Assembly (NCBI GenBank): GCA_028534125.1
Contig: CM052825.1
Location: 6,820,001 to 6,884,000, forward strand
Reading direction: 5' to 3'
Origin: Lama glama
Lineage: Eukaryota
DNA length: 64,000 bases
The notes under the pieces are model-generated. The model made no database searches. It was not told the DNA's origin and saw only the letters and a program-made list of their open reading frames with translations. Each line of letters begins with the position of its first letter. Within the stretch, counting starts at the first letter, position 1. The translations under genes were made by a program, and so were the position numbers. This document shows, one piece after another, positions 36,771-48,240 of the stretch.

Positions 36771-38133
36771 ATTTTTCGGTGCTGGGAACTTTGGGGACAT
36801 CCTCTCATTAGCCCTCAGAGGAGCCAGGGAATCGTCCCATCTTCCCCTTTGCATGGACAGGGAAGCTGCCCTGCTATGTGTGGGGTGCTTCATCACCCTG
36901 GATCCTCCCCACAACTCCGGGATGAAGGGCTGATGTTGCGTCTGCTTTATAGCCTAGGAGGCAGGGTCACTTTGACAAAGTCACCCACTCCTAGCATGGC
37001 CCCTAACCCCCTTGGGAGGACAGAGAAAAAGACCGTGCTCAGAGAGAAAGACAGAGAAATAGGTGGAGAAAAACAGAAGCAGAGAGAAAGATAGACAGGA
37101 AGTCAGAGCAAATACAGAGACTGAAGGAATGTTCTAGACCCCAATTGAGGTGGGGGCAAAGCAAAGGGGAATGTTGCCTCCCACCCCGTTCTCCCCAGGG
37201 ATCCCTTGTGCGGGGGTGGGGGTGGGGGGGGAGAGGTTACAGGTCCCTCGGGGCATCCCAAAGTGGCCGAGAGTGGTCTCCGGCAGAAGCCGAGGTGGGC
37301 AGAGGCAGGCACACGGCTGCTGACTGGTGTCCCTGAGGTGCCCTGTGCACGTGGGGGTCCCAACAGTGGCCAAGCAGGGCTGCCAGGAGGGAGCTCAAAG
37401 ATCCCCTTTCTCTGAGGCCTCCCCAGAGCAGCAGTCACTTAATTCTTTCCGCCCCAGTCCCTGTGGGTGAAAATTGCCCCTTCCCAAAGTGGGAAACTGA
37501 GCCAAGGCAAGTGAAAAACCAGGAGTCCTGGGTGTTGAAAGGTGAAGGTTGGGAGTCTAGAGTCTTGGGTCCAGATCTCTGTCCCAGCTTCTTGGAGCGA
37601 CCAAGGGTAACCCCTTCCCATGGATGGTGGAGATCGTCTGAGTGGGCTTTCTGGAAGAGGTGGCACCAGGCTGGACTTGAAAGAGTAGGAATGGAGCTGG
37701 GAGCTGGGGGCAAAGGGGCCAGGCAAAGCTCTCAGGGCATCCTCTGAGCAGAGATAGCCCAGGGCTGTGGGGGGACCGCGTGATTCCCAGGACACCCTGG
37801 CCTCACCTCCCCCAGTTACAAGGGAGAAGGATGACCATGGGCAAGACAGGGGACTTGGCGTGGGGCCAGCGCAGCCGCAGCCAGAACATAAACCTGTCAT
37901 GGCTTCTGGCGCCACTGCCTTCCTGCTCCAGCTCCGGAGAGGACCTTGGCTGGGCTGCCAGGAACCGGGAGCCTCGGAGTCGCGGGGGTGCGGGAGGGCG
38001 GGGGACAGGAGGTGGAGGCGGATCCTGTTTCTCAGCCTGACTCCTGCGCAGAGAGCTCCAGCACACCCTTCACGCCTGCCCAGAGGGCTCCCCTCCGCTT
38101 TCTCTGCTTTCCCGGCTCCTGGTGCACTGTGGG

Positions 38134-38544
38134 TGTTAGCAAGCCCAAGATCACACTGCTCCCCGCAGGACAGGCCAATAAATCGAGAGACGATTTGGGG
38201 CAAGGAATCACGACCTTGTTCGGAAAAGCCAGCAGACCGAGAAGATAGTGGGCTAGTGTCCACAGAACCTTCTTCCCCAAGTGAGAATCCAGGCTTCTTT
38301 TATACTAAAAGGGAAGGGGGCAAAGTCCTGCTTCCAGCCAGACTCGGAGGGGAGGTGTTAAGCCGTTCACAGGTGGGCCTGGTCAGGCTGTTTCCCGTGA
38401 GCTAAATAAAGGTATTTTAGCTTAACACTTGTTACCTGGGAGGCAGGGTTCCCAGAGATGGGCCGTTATGTGTAATTTAAGCTTATAGGCAACATCCCTC
38501 TAGTGACTAACTTTAATAGAATACAAAGGTTCTTCCCTATTACA
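38134..38544 (-). mobile_element. Complete solo LTR (411 bp) with perfect TGGG target-site duplication
   Basis: Minus strand starts TGTAATAG and ends GCTAACA; TGGG at 38130-38133 and 38545-38548; TATA-like TATAAAA near 38300; exact family uncertain. Confidence 0.8.
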
Positions 38545-40534
38545 TGGGCACTGGGGACCCCTGCACTTGGGTGCCCCCTGGCCCTCAGTTCACTGGGGTC
38601 CCCCTCCCTAGCTGCCCCGGCTGGACCCCCACTGTCCCTCCTAGCGTCTCTACTTCTGTTCTGCTTGAAGCCTTCACCCCAGCCAATGGAGCTTTAGACT
38701 CTAGGCAGGCCAGCTGGGGACAACCATGGCCACGTCGGCCACCCTCCCCAGGCCCTGAGAGTCCACCTCCTAAACAGCCCAGGCTGGAGTAGGTCCATGA
38801 TGGGAAGAGAAGGGGTCTCCTGCCTTGTCGAGGCAGAGAGGGCCTCTGGTCTGATGGCTGGGCAGAGGGGCCAAGCCGTGGCCCTGGGGCAGCAGGTGAT
38901 CAGGTTCTGTCAGGTGACCACTCTGCCCCTGGCTTTCTGCCCAGACCCAGTTCCTCACTTCCCAGAAGTTCATCCCCCTGAGTGGTGTTTCGTGCTTTGT
39001 TCTCATTAATCTCCTGAACCTTCCAGAAAAAAGTGGAAACGCCCAGCCTCATCCTCCCACTGAGGAAGCTGGGGGTGGGAGTGGGGGAAGGGCAGGGGAC
39101 CACCTCGGCTGCTACTCAGATCAGAGGCAGGGGTTGGGCGCTGGCCTGGCAGTACCCCCCAACCCCTACAGGCAGCCATAAGGAGAAGGCAGCATTTGAG
39201 CTGCACTTCAGGGAACAGGAGGATTTGGGCTCCAGGTGATGACGCAGGAGATGGGAACAGCAGCAGGACAAAAGGAACAGCATTTGTGAGCCCTCGGGCC
39301 ATCAGGATGTCCCCGGAACCTCAGGCCTGACTCTGGGCAGCTCAAACCCACCCAGCAAGCAAGATGGCCCCTGCAACACCCAGCATCCCTGCCAGTCCCC
39401 AGGGGCACCAGGGGAGCCGCTGACATCTTGGCCTGGGGCTAACCAGTGGGTCCTGGGTGGCCAAAGAGGCCAATCCCTCCATGTGGATTCTCCTTCTGGG
39501 AGGGGCCTCCAACAGGGTGGCTGGGACCCTGGAGAGACCCCTCTCTCAGGTGACATCTTGCATCCTTGTGCCCCAGGTGGGAATACCCTCCAGGGAGCTC
39601 AGACCCGGAAGCGGCGTACCCAGCAGACTCCAGACCAGCTGATCCACCCTCTCCTGGGCCTCACAGCCCCTCCTGCCTGCCTGGCTTCTGGCAATGCCTG
39701 GTCTTCAGGCCCTTTTGTGTGAGCCAGCCTTCCTAGGAGAGCCTTGGACCCATGCTAAACAGGGGGTACAAATACACACTTGTGGGGAAGACGGGGCAGA
39801 ATAGCCCCCGGGGGCCACCTGGTGCAGGGGACAACTGGGTGTCTGGAGAGGAGGCAGGGCATGGAGATGGGGAGCATGGAGGCTGCAAATGGCATGGGGG
39901 CAGGGCCCAGGGTGACTCCCTCTGTGCCAACAGCTGGGGTGATGGGCTGCGAACATCCCCCATCCCTGACACATGCAGTCTTTCTCCCCCTCGTTTCTGC
40001 TCCATTTTTGCCCTTTCTCCCTACTGAGCCCAAACCTGGAGCAGAAGCCAGCTTTCTGATTCTATCTCGTGTTTATGGGGAAACGGTCATGCCGTCTCAG
40101 GGCCAGCTCAGACAGCTTCCCCGCAGGAAGTGGGAGAGTTCCCAGGGCTGGTCAGAGTTAAAAATAGAGACAAAAGAGAGTGAGAGGCAGAGAAACCTAA
40201 GAGAGGGGACGGAGAGAGAGTGCGCGCCAGGGAAACTGGGCAGAAGAGGTGGCGGGACGCAGCAAGTCCTCTTCCCCGATCCATTTGTCCATTTATCAGG
40301 CTGATATCAGGTGACACGTGGCCCACTGGATGTCACTTCATGCCAGGACAGCTTGGTGACGCTGCCCCACATGGCTTTCCCTGAGAGCAGGTCTCCCTAC
40401 ACGGCTCCGGAGCTGAGGCCCCATCTCTGCTCCACAGGGATCACGGTCAGCATCGCTATGGGACTAGCCACCCTGGCCCAGGCCTTCCGCTGCTGCCAGC
40501 CCTGGCCTCCCAGGCCCCAGAAGAGCCCAGGAAA

Positions 40535-40960
40535 GTGAGCCAGGCATGGCTGAGGTTCCAGTGGGAGCCTAGGGGGAGGGGGACAGCCCCCATCCCTTGC
40601 CCTGTGTGTCTCTTCTGTTTTGTCCTCCCTGAGTCATATCCTTTATAATAATCCAGTAATAGTAAGTTAACTGTTTTTCTGAGTTCCGTGTGCTGTTCTA
40701 GCAAATTATCAAATCTGAGGAAGGGGTCATGGGAATCACTGATTTGTAACCAAGTTAAACAGAAGGAAGTGTGGGTACCCTGGGCACCCTGTACTTGATG
40801 CTGGCATCTGAGGTGGGGACCATCTTGTGGGACTGGGCCCTTCACCTCCAGGGAGTTAGTGTCAGAATTGACTCCAACTGTAGGACACCCAGCTGGTGTC
40901 CAGAGAGTTGGAGAATTGGTTGGTGGGAGGAAAAGCCACACATTTGGTGTCAGAAGTTCT
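40535..40960 (+). mobile_element. MER21-like ERVL LTR, 3' half
   Basis: 'tatcctttataataa.cc.gtaa.agtaagt...tttctgagttc.gtg.gctgttctagcaaattatcaaa.ctgagga.ggggtcatgggaa...acacatttggtgtcagaag'. Confidence 0.7.
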
Positions 40961-42557
40961 ATGAATAAGAAACAGATCATAGGACCCTTGAACTTCATTC
41001 TTGGCTCTTCTCTGTCCTGCTCTGGGCCCAGGAGGCTGGCACGTGGACCACACCATCCAGATGCCCTGCCCCCCCCACTCCTGGTTAGCTGTCAGCAGAG
41101 GCCCCAGCACATGATCAGAATGCCAGAGAAGGGACCCCCCAGATTCCTCCACCTGCAGCCCCTCCTCCTGCCGGGCAGACCCTTGCCCATGGCTCCTGCT
41201 CCCTGGCTCTGGAAACACCACTAGCCCTTCGGGTACAGGAGTGTTTATGGCCCCATTAGTGCCCTGGGTCACCCTCTCTGGTTGGTTCCCTTAATATGCT
41301 GCCCACACCTTTGTAAATGCTCTCAAGTGCCCTGATAGACAGTATGCCATCTGTTTCCTGTCAGGGCTCGACCCATACAGGGTGTCGATGGAGTACAAGG
41401 CCTTAGAGTTACCCAGTTCAACCCTCGTTTTTACATAAGGGGACGACTGAGGCCCAGAGAGGGTAAGTGATCTGTCCAGAGCCACCCAGCCCCAGGGTTG
41501 GGGCTCATGGCTGCTCTGAAAAGGCAATGGAGAGGCTGAGGCTTAGCTCGGCAGAGGCTGGAAGGCTGTGTGCCCCCTCCCCTCCCGGCCCCTCCCAGCC
41601 TGGCTCCACTCTGGTCATGTGAGCATTTCCTCCACAGCAGGAGCCGGATGTGTCTGCACTAACTTAATAAACCCATTAGGGCCAATCGTACCTCTCAGAC
41701 ACAGGCACCTGGGCACCCAGCCAGCGCCCTCCATCCCTGCTCCCTGCCCCAGAGGGTGAGGCCCCCATGGAGCAAGGGGCATCTCCTGGTCTCCTCACTG
41801 TCCCTCACACCACCCTCCAGCTGCTGCCAACCTGCACCCCAGCACTCCTTGGTGGGGTGGCGTCCAGGCCTTTGCACACATTGTTGCTCACACCTGGGTG
41901 TCCTTCCGGTGTCTACTCGGCACAGTGCAGCCCCTTCTCCAAGGCCACCCCTGCCCAGGAAGCCTCCTCTGGCTCCCAAACATCTGCACTCTATCCATCC
42001 TGGAATGTTTCTCTCCTTATCCCACAGTGGTGGATGACTTGAAGGTAGAACCTTGGCCTGGGTCATCTCTGGTCCGGGGTTGGGGGTAGGCAGCCTGGAG
42101 TTGGGAGGATGATGCCAAGTGCTCAGTGCCCTGTGTTAGGTTTGAGGCCAGAGTCAGCTCTGGGCTGAGCCTCACCACCAAGCACCACATCCCCAGAATG
42201 AGCACGGGGGTGGGAATGAAGCTTAGCTCTAAGTCCTCCAGCCAGGAGGCGAGGCCAGCTGGAGAGAGAGGCCACAAAGAGGAGGCTGGGGGGAGGGGTA
42301 GCAGTGAGCACAGTCATCTCCTTGGTTTAGCCTCACCGGGCCCTGGGGGGTCAGTGCAGTCACGGTCACTTTACAGCTAGGGACACTGAGGCCAGAAGAG
42401 AGGCCTGCCCTGCCCCCGATGGCTCTGCTGGCCTGGGGCCCTGGGCTCCACCCTGGTGCTGTATCCTCCTGAGAACCCGCACAGGAGCTGGGGACAGGGA
42501 CGCAGGGAGACTGCCCAGGTGTGCACTGACCCAGCCATACGGGGGGTGCTGCAGACG

Positions 42558-42563
42558 TTTATT
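42558..42563 (-). terminator. UPK3BL1 polyadenylation signal AATAAA
   Basis: TTTATT ~160 nt downstream of the stop codon. Confidence 0.7.
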
Positions 42564-42718
42564 TCCATCAGGGACAGGCCCAAGCTGTGGGCTGAGGACA
42601 CCCTCCCCTCAACCTTCTTTTGGAAACATTCCCAGGGCTCTGAAGCAGCAGGGCAGGCCCCCAGACCAGGCTCTGCAGGGTGAGGCTGAGCAGCAAAATG
42701 GGGGCCCCCTGGAGCCCC

Positions 42719-42827
42719 TCAGGAGCCCCCCGCGGCTGGAGGGCTGCACACGTGGTGGGTGTCATATCTTCTCACGCACACCACCTCCCCTGGGCCCGAG
42801 ATGGGCGTGCTCCCGCAGGTGTCGTAG
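42719..42827 (-). CDS. UPK3BL1: UPK3BL exon 6, cytoplasmic tail (YDTCGSTPISGPGEVVCVRRYDTHHVCSPPAAGGS*)
   Basis: End of ORF 42719..43054; AAG acceptor in phase. Confidence 0.85.
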
Positions 42828-43355
42828 CTTGGCAGCGGTTGTAGGGGAGAGGGGCAAGAAAGACCAACAGGCCTGATTGAAATCCCATGGCTGTTACCTA
42901 GAGCCTGGAGCTCTATTCCCCTAAACCTCACAAATCCAGCTCTGCCTCCCTGCCCTCTTTCACCACCCAACCCCCACACTCTCCTCCTCCACTCCACACA
43001 CCCTGGGATGCCGCTACACATCGCTGCCTGTTTCCCCTGATCAAAACCAGCCACTGGCTGCCTCTGACCTTCTGGATCCAGCCCATTTCCTCAACTGGGA
43101 ATCAAGGCCCCAGCCTGTCCGCAACCTTCTGTCTCCAGACTCTCCCCATCTGTTTCCCTCCCCCTTCTCCCCAAATCCTCCCCAAGGACCAGATGTTCCC
43201 TTTCCTCTAGGAAGCCTTGTGGACACCCTTTCCCTACCAGGCCCCAGCATCCAAGCTCTGAGTGAAATCTTGAGGCAAAACTCAGCTCTTGGACTAAGAG
43301 CAATTTACCTCCACCTGGGTGTCTCCCACATGGCTTGTCTGCCCTGCACCCCAAC

Positions 43356-43389
43356 TTGCAATACCAGCTCTTGCCACCAGGGGGCAGGT
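43356..43389 (+). promoter_or_regulatory. CTCF site with core and upstream module
   Basis: TTGCAATACC-N5-TTGCCACCAGGGGGCAG. Confidence 0.75.
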
Positions 43390-43668
43390 GGTGCCCACTC
43401 AGAAAGTGTGTCCGTCGCCCCAACAGGTGTCAGAGGGACAAGGGAAGGAGGGGTTAATGCGCGCATGTGCACACACACACGCACACACTCACACATACAC
43501 ATAGAGGTTCTGGAACCTTGGGGATCACTTGATCAACAATTGTTAGCCCTGTTTGACTTTCAGGGAAAACTCTTCCAGCGGGGCTAGCAAGGGGGAGCAG
43601 GGGAGGGACAGAGATGCCTCGGTCAGGGACTCCAGCCCTCCCAGGCAGTCTCGACCCTGTCCACTTAC

Positions 43669-43789
43669 CAGGTGTAGATGAGCAGGGTGATGAGGGCGGT
43701 GAGGAAGACTGCCAGCAGGACCGATAGGATGGCAATGATGACCACGGTGCCTGCACTCTGGGGCCCCGGGACAGCCTGGAGTGCCTCAG
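43669..43789 (-). CDS. UPK3BL1: UPK3BL exon 5, TM helix (AEALQAVPGPQSAGTVVIIAILSVLLAVFLTALITLLIYT)
   Basis: Translated by hand; hydrophobic span; donor GTAAGT. Confidence 0.92.
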
Positions 43790-44079
43790 CTGAGGGGCGA
43801 GAGGGGCCGCACAGGCATGTGGGGCGGGAAGGGAGAAAAGTAATCTGACCTGAGGAAGGGGGACCTGGAACAGCTTCCAGACCAACTCTCTCTCACAGTA
43901 GGGGTGGGTTGGGTAGGGAACAGACTGGGGGAGGGGCACCTGCAGACAGCAGGATGGCAGTGGTGGCGCTGCCTGGCTGGGGACTGGCCCATTCCTCCCA
44001 GCCCACCGCCTGTCCTCAGGAGCCTCCAGGCCCCTGAGCCCCCAGCCCTAGTGTTTGACCCATGCGCCTGGCTCCATAC

Positions 44080-44156
44080 CTTGCTGCAGTCGGGTCTCAC
44101 TGGACCACTCTGTCTCAGCCACGGGTCCCTTGTCACTCATCACCAGGAACTTCATT
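44080..44156 (-). CDS. UPK3BL1: UPK3BL exon 4 (MKFLVMSDKGPVAETEWSSETRLQQ)
   Basis: Translated by hand; 77 nt, AG/GTATGG. Confidence 0.9.
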
Positions 44157-44729
44157 CTGAACAGGAGACCCAGTATTGGGGGTGAGGGTCCCTGGGACCT
44201 GAAACCCTCCAGCCCTGGTACCTGTCAGTCTGTCCCTCTGACTCCCAGGGCCTCAGGGAGCGGCCTAGAGCTAAAAGCACAGTGTTAGAGCCACAGGAAG
44301 GGGCTCCCATCCCAGTTGTGACACTTCCCAGCTGTGTGGCCTTGGGTGCCTCCCTTGCCCTTTCTGGGACCCTCAGTGTCCTCACTTGGGAAATGTGTGT
44401 GGAATGGACTGGATCTCCCAGCACAGAATATCGGAGAATCAAGCCCTGAATGAGAGGAGACTGGGCTGGGGCCAGGCTCTCCCTGGGGCCCACTCTGCCT
44501 GGATGGGGAGACTCTGTCTGCATGGTCCACATGGCCCATAGGGGCGAAGGCTCGAGTTGGGGGTCCCTCTGCTCAAGATGACAGGAGATTTCACCGCAGC
44601 CTCCCTGGCCCCGGCCCCTGACCCCTCCTCCCACGGGCAGAACTGGAGCCAGGACCCCAGGCTCCCAGCTTGGAGCTTCCCCAGGCAGGAGCACGCCCAC
44701 CCCAGCAGGGCCCTGGCAGAGCCGCTCAC

Positions 44730-44949
44730 CGGTAGGGGCCGGGGCCTGGCAGGGGGTGGTTGCAGCCCCTTGTCCTGGGGGAGCAGCGGGTATCATTGCC
44801 GACACGGAGGACCCGGAGCTGCTTGCCGGGCCAGTCGCCCGGGTAGAGTGCCCGATTGGCCATCAGCGTGAGGTAGTAGCCCCTCTGGGAGAAGCTGGCA
44901 GGGACTGGGGTGTCCTCTACCCTCTGTGGGGCAGTGAAGTTCTGGGAGG
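44730..44949 (-). CDS. UPK3BL1: UPK3BL exon 3 (ASQNFTAPQ...GYYLTL...[10 protein letters not shown]...CNHPLPGPGPY)
   Basis: 220 nt; matches ORF 44726..44962. Confidence 0.93.
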
Positions 44950-45132
44950 CTGAGGGTGGCACCGTGGGTCAGAGGTGGGGGCCGCACTCCACCTCATCCC
45001 ACCAGGCCAGACAGCCTGTGGCTACATCCCCGATGACACCTACCCCCACTGCCCCCACATCTGCCACCCCTCTCGGATCCACCTGCCCACTTCACAGAGG
45101 GAGAAAGCAAGGCCTGCCCCAGCAGCACCCAC

Positions 45133-45285
45133 CGTTGCTGTGGGCCACCACCAGCCAGATGGCATCAAAGTCGGAGATGTTGAGGTGACTGAACTGGCCC
45201 CGAGGCTGCTCCAGCGTAAGGGTGGACTGGGTGAGTCTCCCTGCCAGCGTGGTGCTGGAGAGCTGGGGCACATAGCCGATGCGCT
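45133..45285 (-). CDS. UPK3BL1: UPK3BL exon 2 (ERIGYVPQLSSTTLAGRLTQSTLTLEQPRGQF...IWLVVAHSN)
   Basis: 153 nt; uroplakin LEQP and WLVVA motifs. Confidence 0.92.
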
Positions 45286-46422
45286 CTGGGGAGGGTGGGG
45301 GCAGAGAAAAGAGGCTCAACAGGACACCCAAGCCCCCAGAGGCCAGTCTGAAGGAGAGTCGTTGTCCTGGAGGCCCCCGTCTGAGGAGGGAGACACAGAC
45401 TTGTCCCGGGAGCTCCAGTCTGAGGGCGGAGACAGGGCTTTTACTGGGGCCTCTGGTCAGGCACTAATCAGGAGGGCTCCTGCCTGTGGGGCGTGGGTGG
45501 GGAGCCTGAGTCCAGCCTCTGGCCCCTGCCTTGGGCGCCTAGTAGGGGTGTGCACTGTGGAAGGTCAGGGGGAGGCCTTGCCCCACTGAGTCACCGGGGT
45601 CTCAGTGATGGGCAGGACCTAGGAAAGGAGGAGAGATGGAAGCACAGGAGGCCCCTTCCCCAGCTGCAGGCACAGTTCTCTTGGAGGAAGGCATTGGGGT
45701 GAGACTAAGATTTGGGGGAGCCTAAGCCCAAACCCAAACTCTAGGCGGACGCTTGACAGAGCCCGGTGACACTCAGATACTGGAGAGAAAGATGGAGTGG
45801 GCTTTATGGAAGTCTCCGGAACCTTCTCCTTCTTTCAGTTCTGTTAAGTTCAATATGATTCATTTCCATTTAATTCAGCTCAACTCCAAAGGTTCAGGGC
45901 TAGTGCCCTCCTTTCTCAGAGCTCCCAGTTCTCATGCTGAGGCCCTGTGCACACTGCATACAGCAGGCACTTAATATTCGCTTACTGAGGGGAAAGGCGT
46001 GGAGCAGCAGAGATAGGGGGATGGGGTTGGGGACTGTCTCTCTAAGTCGCTCCCATCTAAGAGCCCCACAGAGAACCATGCCTGTAGCCCTCCTTGGAGA
46101 GCTTCCTTTAAGGGTAAGCATTATCCTTGAAGGCTTCTTTAGACCTCTCCTCGGAGACTGGAAGGAGGGGAGACATTTGGTGAGAACTGGGCTCAGGGCG
46201 CGTGGGGATGAGAACCCTAAAAGAGATTTAGGGTTTGCTTCCCCCCCATCAGGGGTTGGGGGACAGGTGTCTGTCTTGGGACCTCTTCTGGTGGGCTGTT
46301 TTCCCTGACCCACTGGAGATGGAGCTCCCAGACTCGGGGCTCGGAAGGCAGCTGGGGGAGGTGGAGTGTCTCCTCCAGAAGCCTGAAGCACGGTGGGCAC
46401 CCCTGCCCTGCCCCTCACTCAC

Positions 46423-46504
46423 CCAGGCTGGTCCCCAGCTGGAGGCAGGACAGCAGCAGCCACAGTGGCATCAGCAGCGGAGACTGTCCCCCACTGAGCC
46501 CCAT
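46423..46504 (-). CDS. UPK3BL1: UPK3BL exon 1, signal peptide (MGLSGGQSPLLMPLWLLLSCLQLGTSL)
   Basis: GCCATGG Kozak context, donor GTGAGT. Confidence 0.88.
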
Positions 46505-47864
46505 GGCCAAGCCAGGGGTCCGACCGTTTGTCTGTCTGAGGGTCTGTCTGCAGCGTCCAGAGCCCCAGAGGCTCGGTTGTCTGTACTGGGCTGGGGGAGG
46601 CTGCTTCTGGCAACTCCACCCCTCCCAGGTGCCCCCTTCTTCCAAACAACTGGTTGGACAGGTTTAGGGGCTGAATCTGCTGGCCCCAAGCATTGGGCAT
46701 CACCAGGGAGGGGTCTAAAGAGAACAATTAGCTGCTGCTGCCAGACAAGCAGTGACACCCCACCCCCACTGGAGGAGGGCCTGGCCAGGGAGGGGCTGCG
46801 GAAGGAGGAGGCAGCCCCGGGGTCCAGGCAACCCCAGTGACAGTCCTGCCACACCTCGTGGAATCTCCTTGTCCAAACAGTCCCCCACCCTGCAAACCAG
46901 GACTCCCTACAACCACCCCCTCCACAGAAGGCAGGGAGAGTTACTTACCCTCATTTCCCAGATGAGGCATAGAGAGAAGGGGGCTTGGAAGGGGGGTTGT
47001 CCAAGGTCACCAGCCAGCCAGGGCAGACCTGGGATTGGAGCACCCGCAACAGCAAACCCAGGGGCACTCCCTGCCGTCCCCCCGCAGCCTGGCCCCGGGA
47101 AGGGGCTCCCCGAGATCGCCCTCTCTCCTACCCTCATCCAAGTGACCTGTCCTCTCTCCTTCCTCCATCTCTGGCTGCTGCCAGGGCAGGGCAACCCCTC
47201 CTTGAAAGAGAAGGTTCCCGGATGGGGCCCAGGGCAGGTGGGCAGAGCAGGCACTGACCAGCCCTCACCTGGGCTGGAGCGGCAGCCTCTCACGGGGGCT
47301 CCCTGCCCCAAGCACCAGCCCACCTCAGCCCAGCTCCACACCTGACCAGAGCCACCCTCCTAAAATTCAGACTCCTTCAGGGAACACTTAAAAATATTTA
47401 AAAAACAATTACTTAAAATTATCCTTTAGTTATTGTAATGAATTTGACTTACATCTCTATATAATCAAAGACATAATCTATTTGATTGCCAGCCCACCTG
47501 CACTTTCTTTCCAAATATACTTAAACTGTGACAATTGTTTATTGCAGTAAATGTCAAAAAAGGAAAACATTCCTTTCAACACTGTGTAATTACCTAGTAG
47601 GTTTTTTGAGACCAGTGCTTTACTAGGATGTGCTAGCAGATAGTTCCAGACTTTTCCAGATTGAACACCACTGCATTTCACCAATGACTGACTCAGTCCC
47701 AGGTGAACCTGGGGCCAAAACCAGAGCAGAAGAGCTCAGGGAAGGCAGATGAGGTCAAAGTGAGTCCGGGTGTGGGTCCCGGGAGCCTTTTATTTTTCAT
47801 GCCCATCTCTGTCCCTCTCCTGGCCTCCCCACCAAGGCGTCTGCTCTCCTCAGTGTATCAGTTA

Positions 47865-48240
47865 CCTATGGTGCTGGGATATGTATATGGTCTTTGTGGT
47901 ACCCAGCACACAGCTCCTAAAGGAGCATCTTTTGTTTCCTGAAATTGCTCCAGAGTGATACAGGTGAAATGAGTGTTTTCGTTTTTTTATAACAAGCCCG
48001 TTTCAACCACACCTGAATTTATGTCACTGTGGTGATTTTTGGAACGTCTCTAGATAACCACAGGATGGGGGCTGGTTGCCAGGGGAACCAGCCACGTGAT
48101 TAGAGGGTTAGCACTTTCAGCCACAGCCCCTCCACCCCCGGGGGCAGGAGAGAGGGGCCAGAGGTTGAATTAATGATCAATGGCCAATGGTTTAATCAAT
48201 CATGCCTATGTGATGAAGTCTCCAAAAACCTCCAAAATAC
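47865..48240 (+). mobile_element. MER21-like ERVL LTR, 5' half
   Basis: 'ataacaagccc.tttcaaccacacctga.tttatg...caggatgggggctggttgccaggggaaccagccacgtgattagagggtt...aatggccaatg.tttaatcaatcatgcctatgt.atgaag'. Confidence 0.7.

Larger units (their letters stand above)
42719..46504 (-). other. UPK3BL1: Uroplakin-3B-like (UPK3BL/UPK3c) gene span, 6 coding exons, 253 aa type I membrane protein
   Basis: 82+153+220+77+121+109=762 nt open frame; signal peptide, uroplakin ectodomain (VLRVGND..C...CN.PLPGPGPYR.KFLV), TM helix, RRYDTHH tail. Confidence 0.93.

Noticed and set aside
37439-38405. Overlapping 274-aa (-) and 212-aa (+) ORFs
   Set aside because: They run across an LTR boundary, have non-ATG starts and show no gag/pol/env or other motifs
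39230-39340. C-box (GTGATGA) ... D-box (CTGA) pair resembling a C/D snoRNA
   Set aside because: Intergenic, GC-rich, poor terminal stem and no recognisable rRNA antisense element
40438-40534. Possible + strand exon (ctccacag...AAA|gtgagc)
   Set aside because: No partner exons or recognisable peptide, and it abuts an LTR fragment; insufficient support
30000-42500. Searched for a SPDYE/Speedy-like or additional uroplakin gene between RASA4 and UPK3BL1
   Set aside because: No Speedy/RINGO or uroplakin motifs seen in the ORF track or by eye
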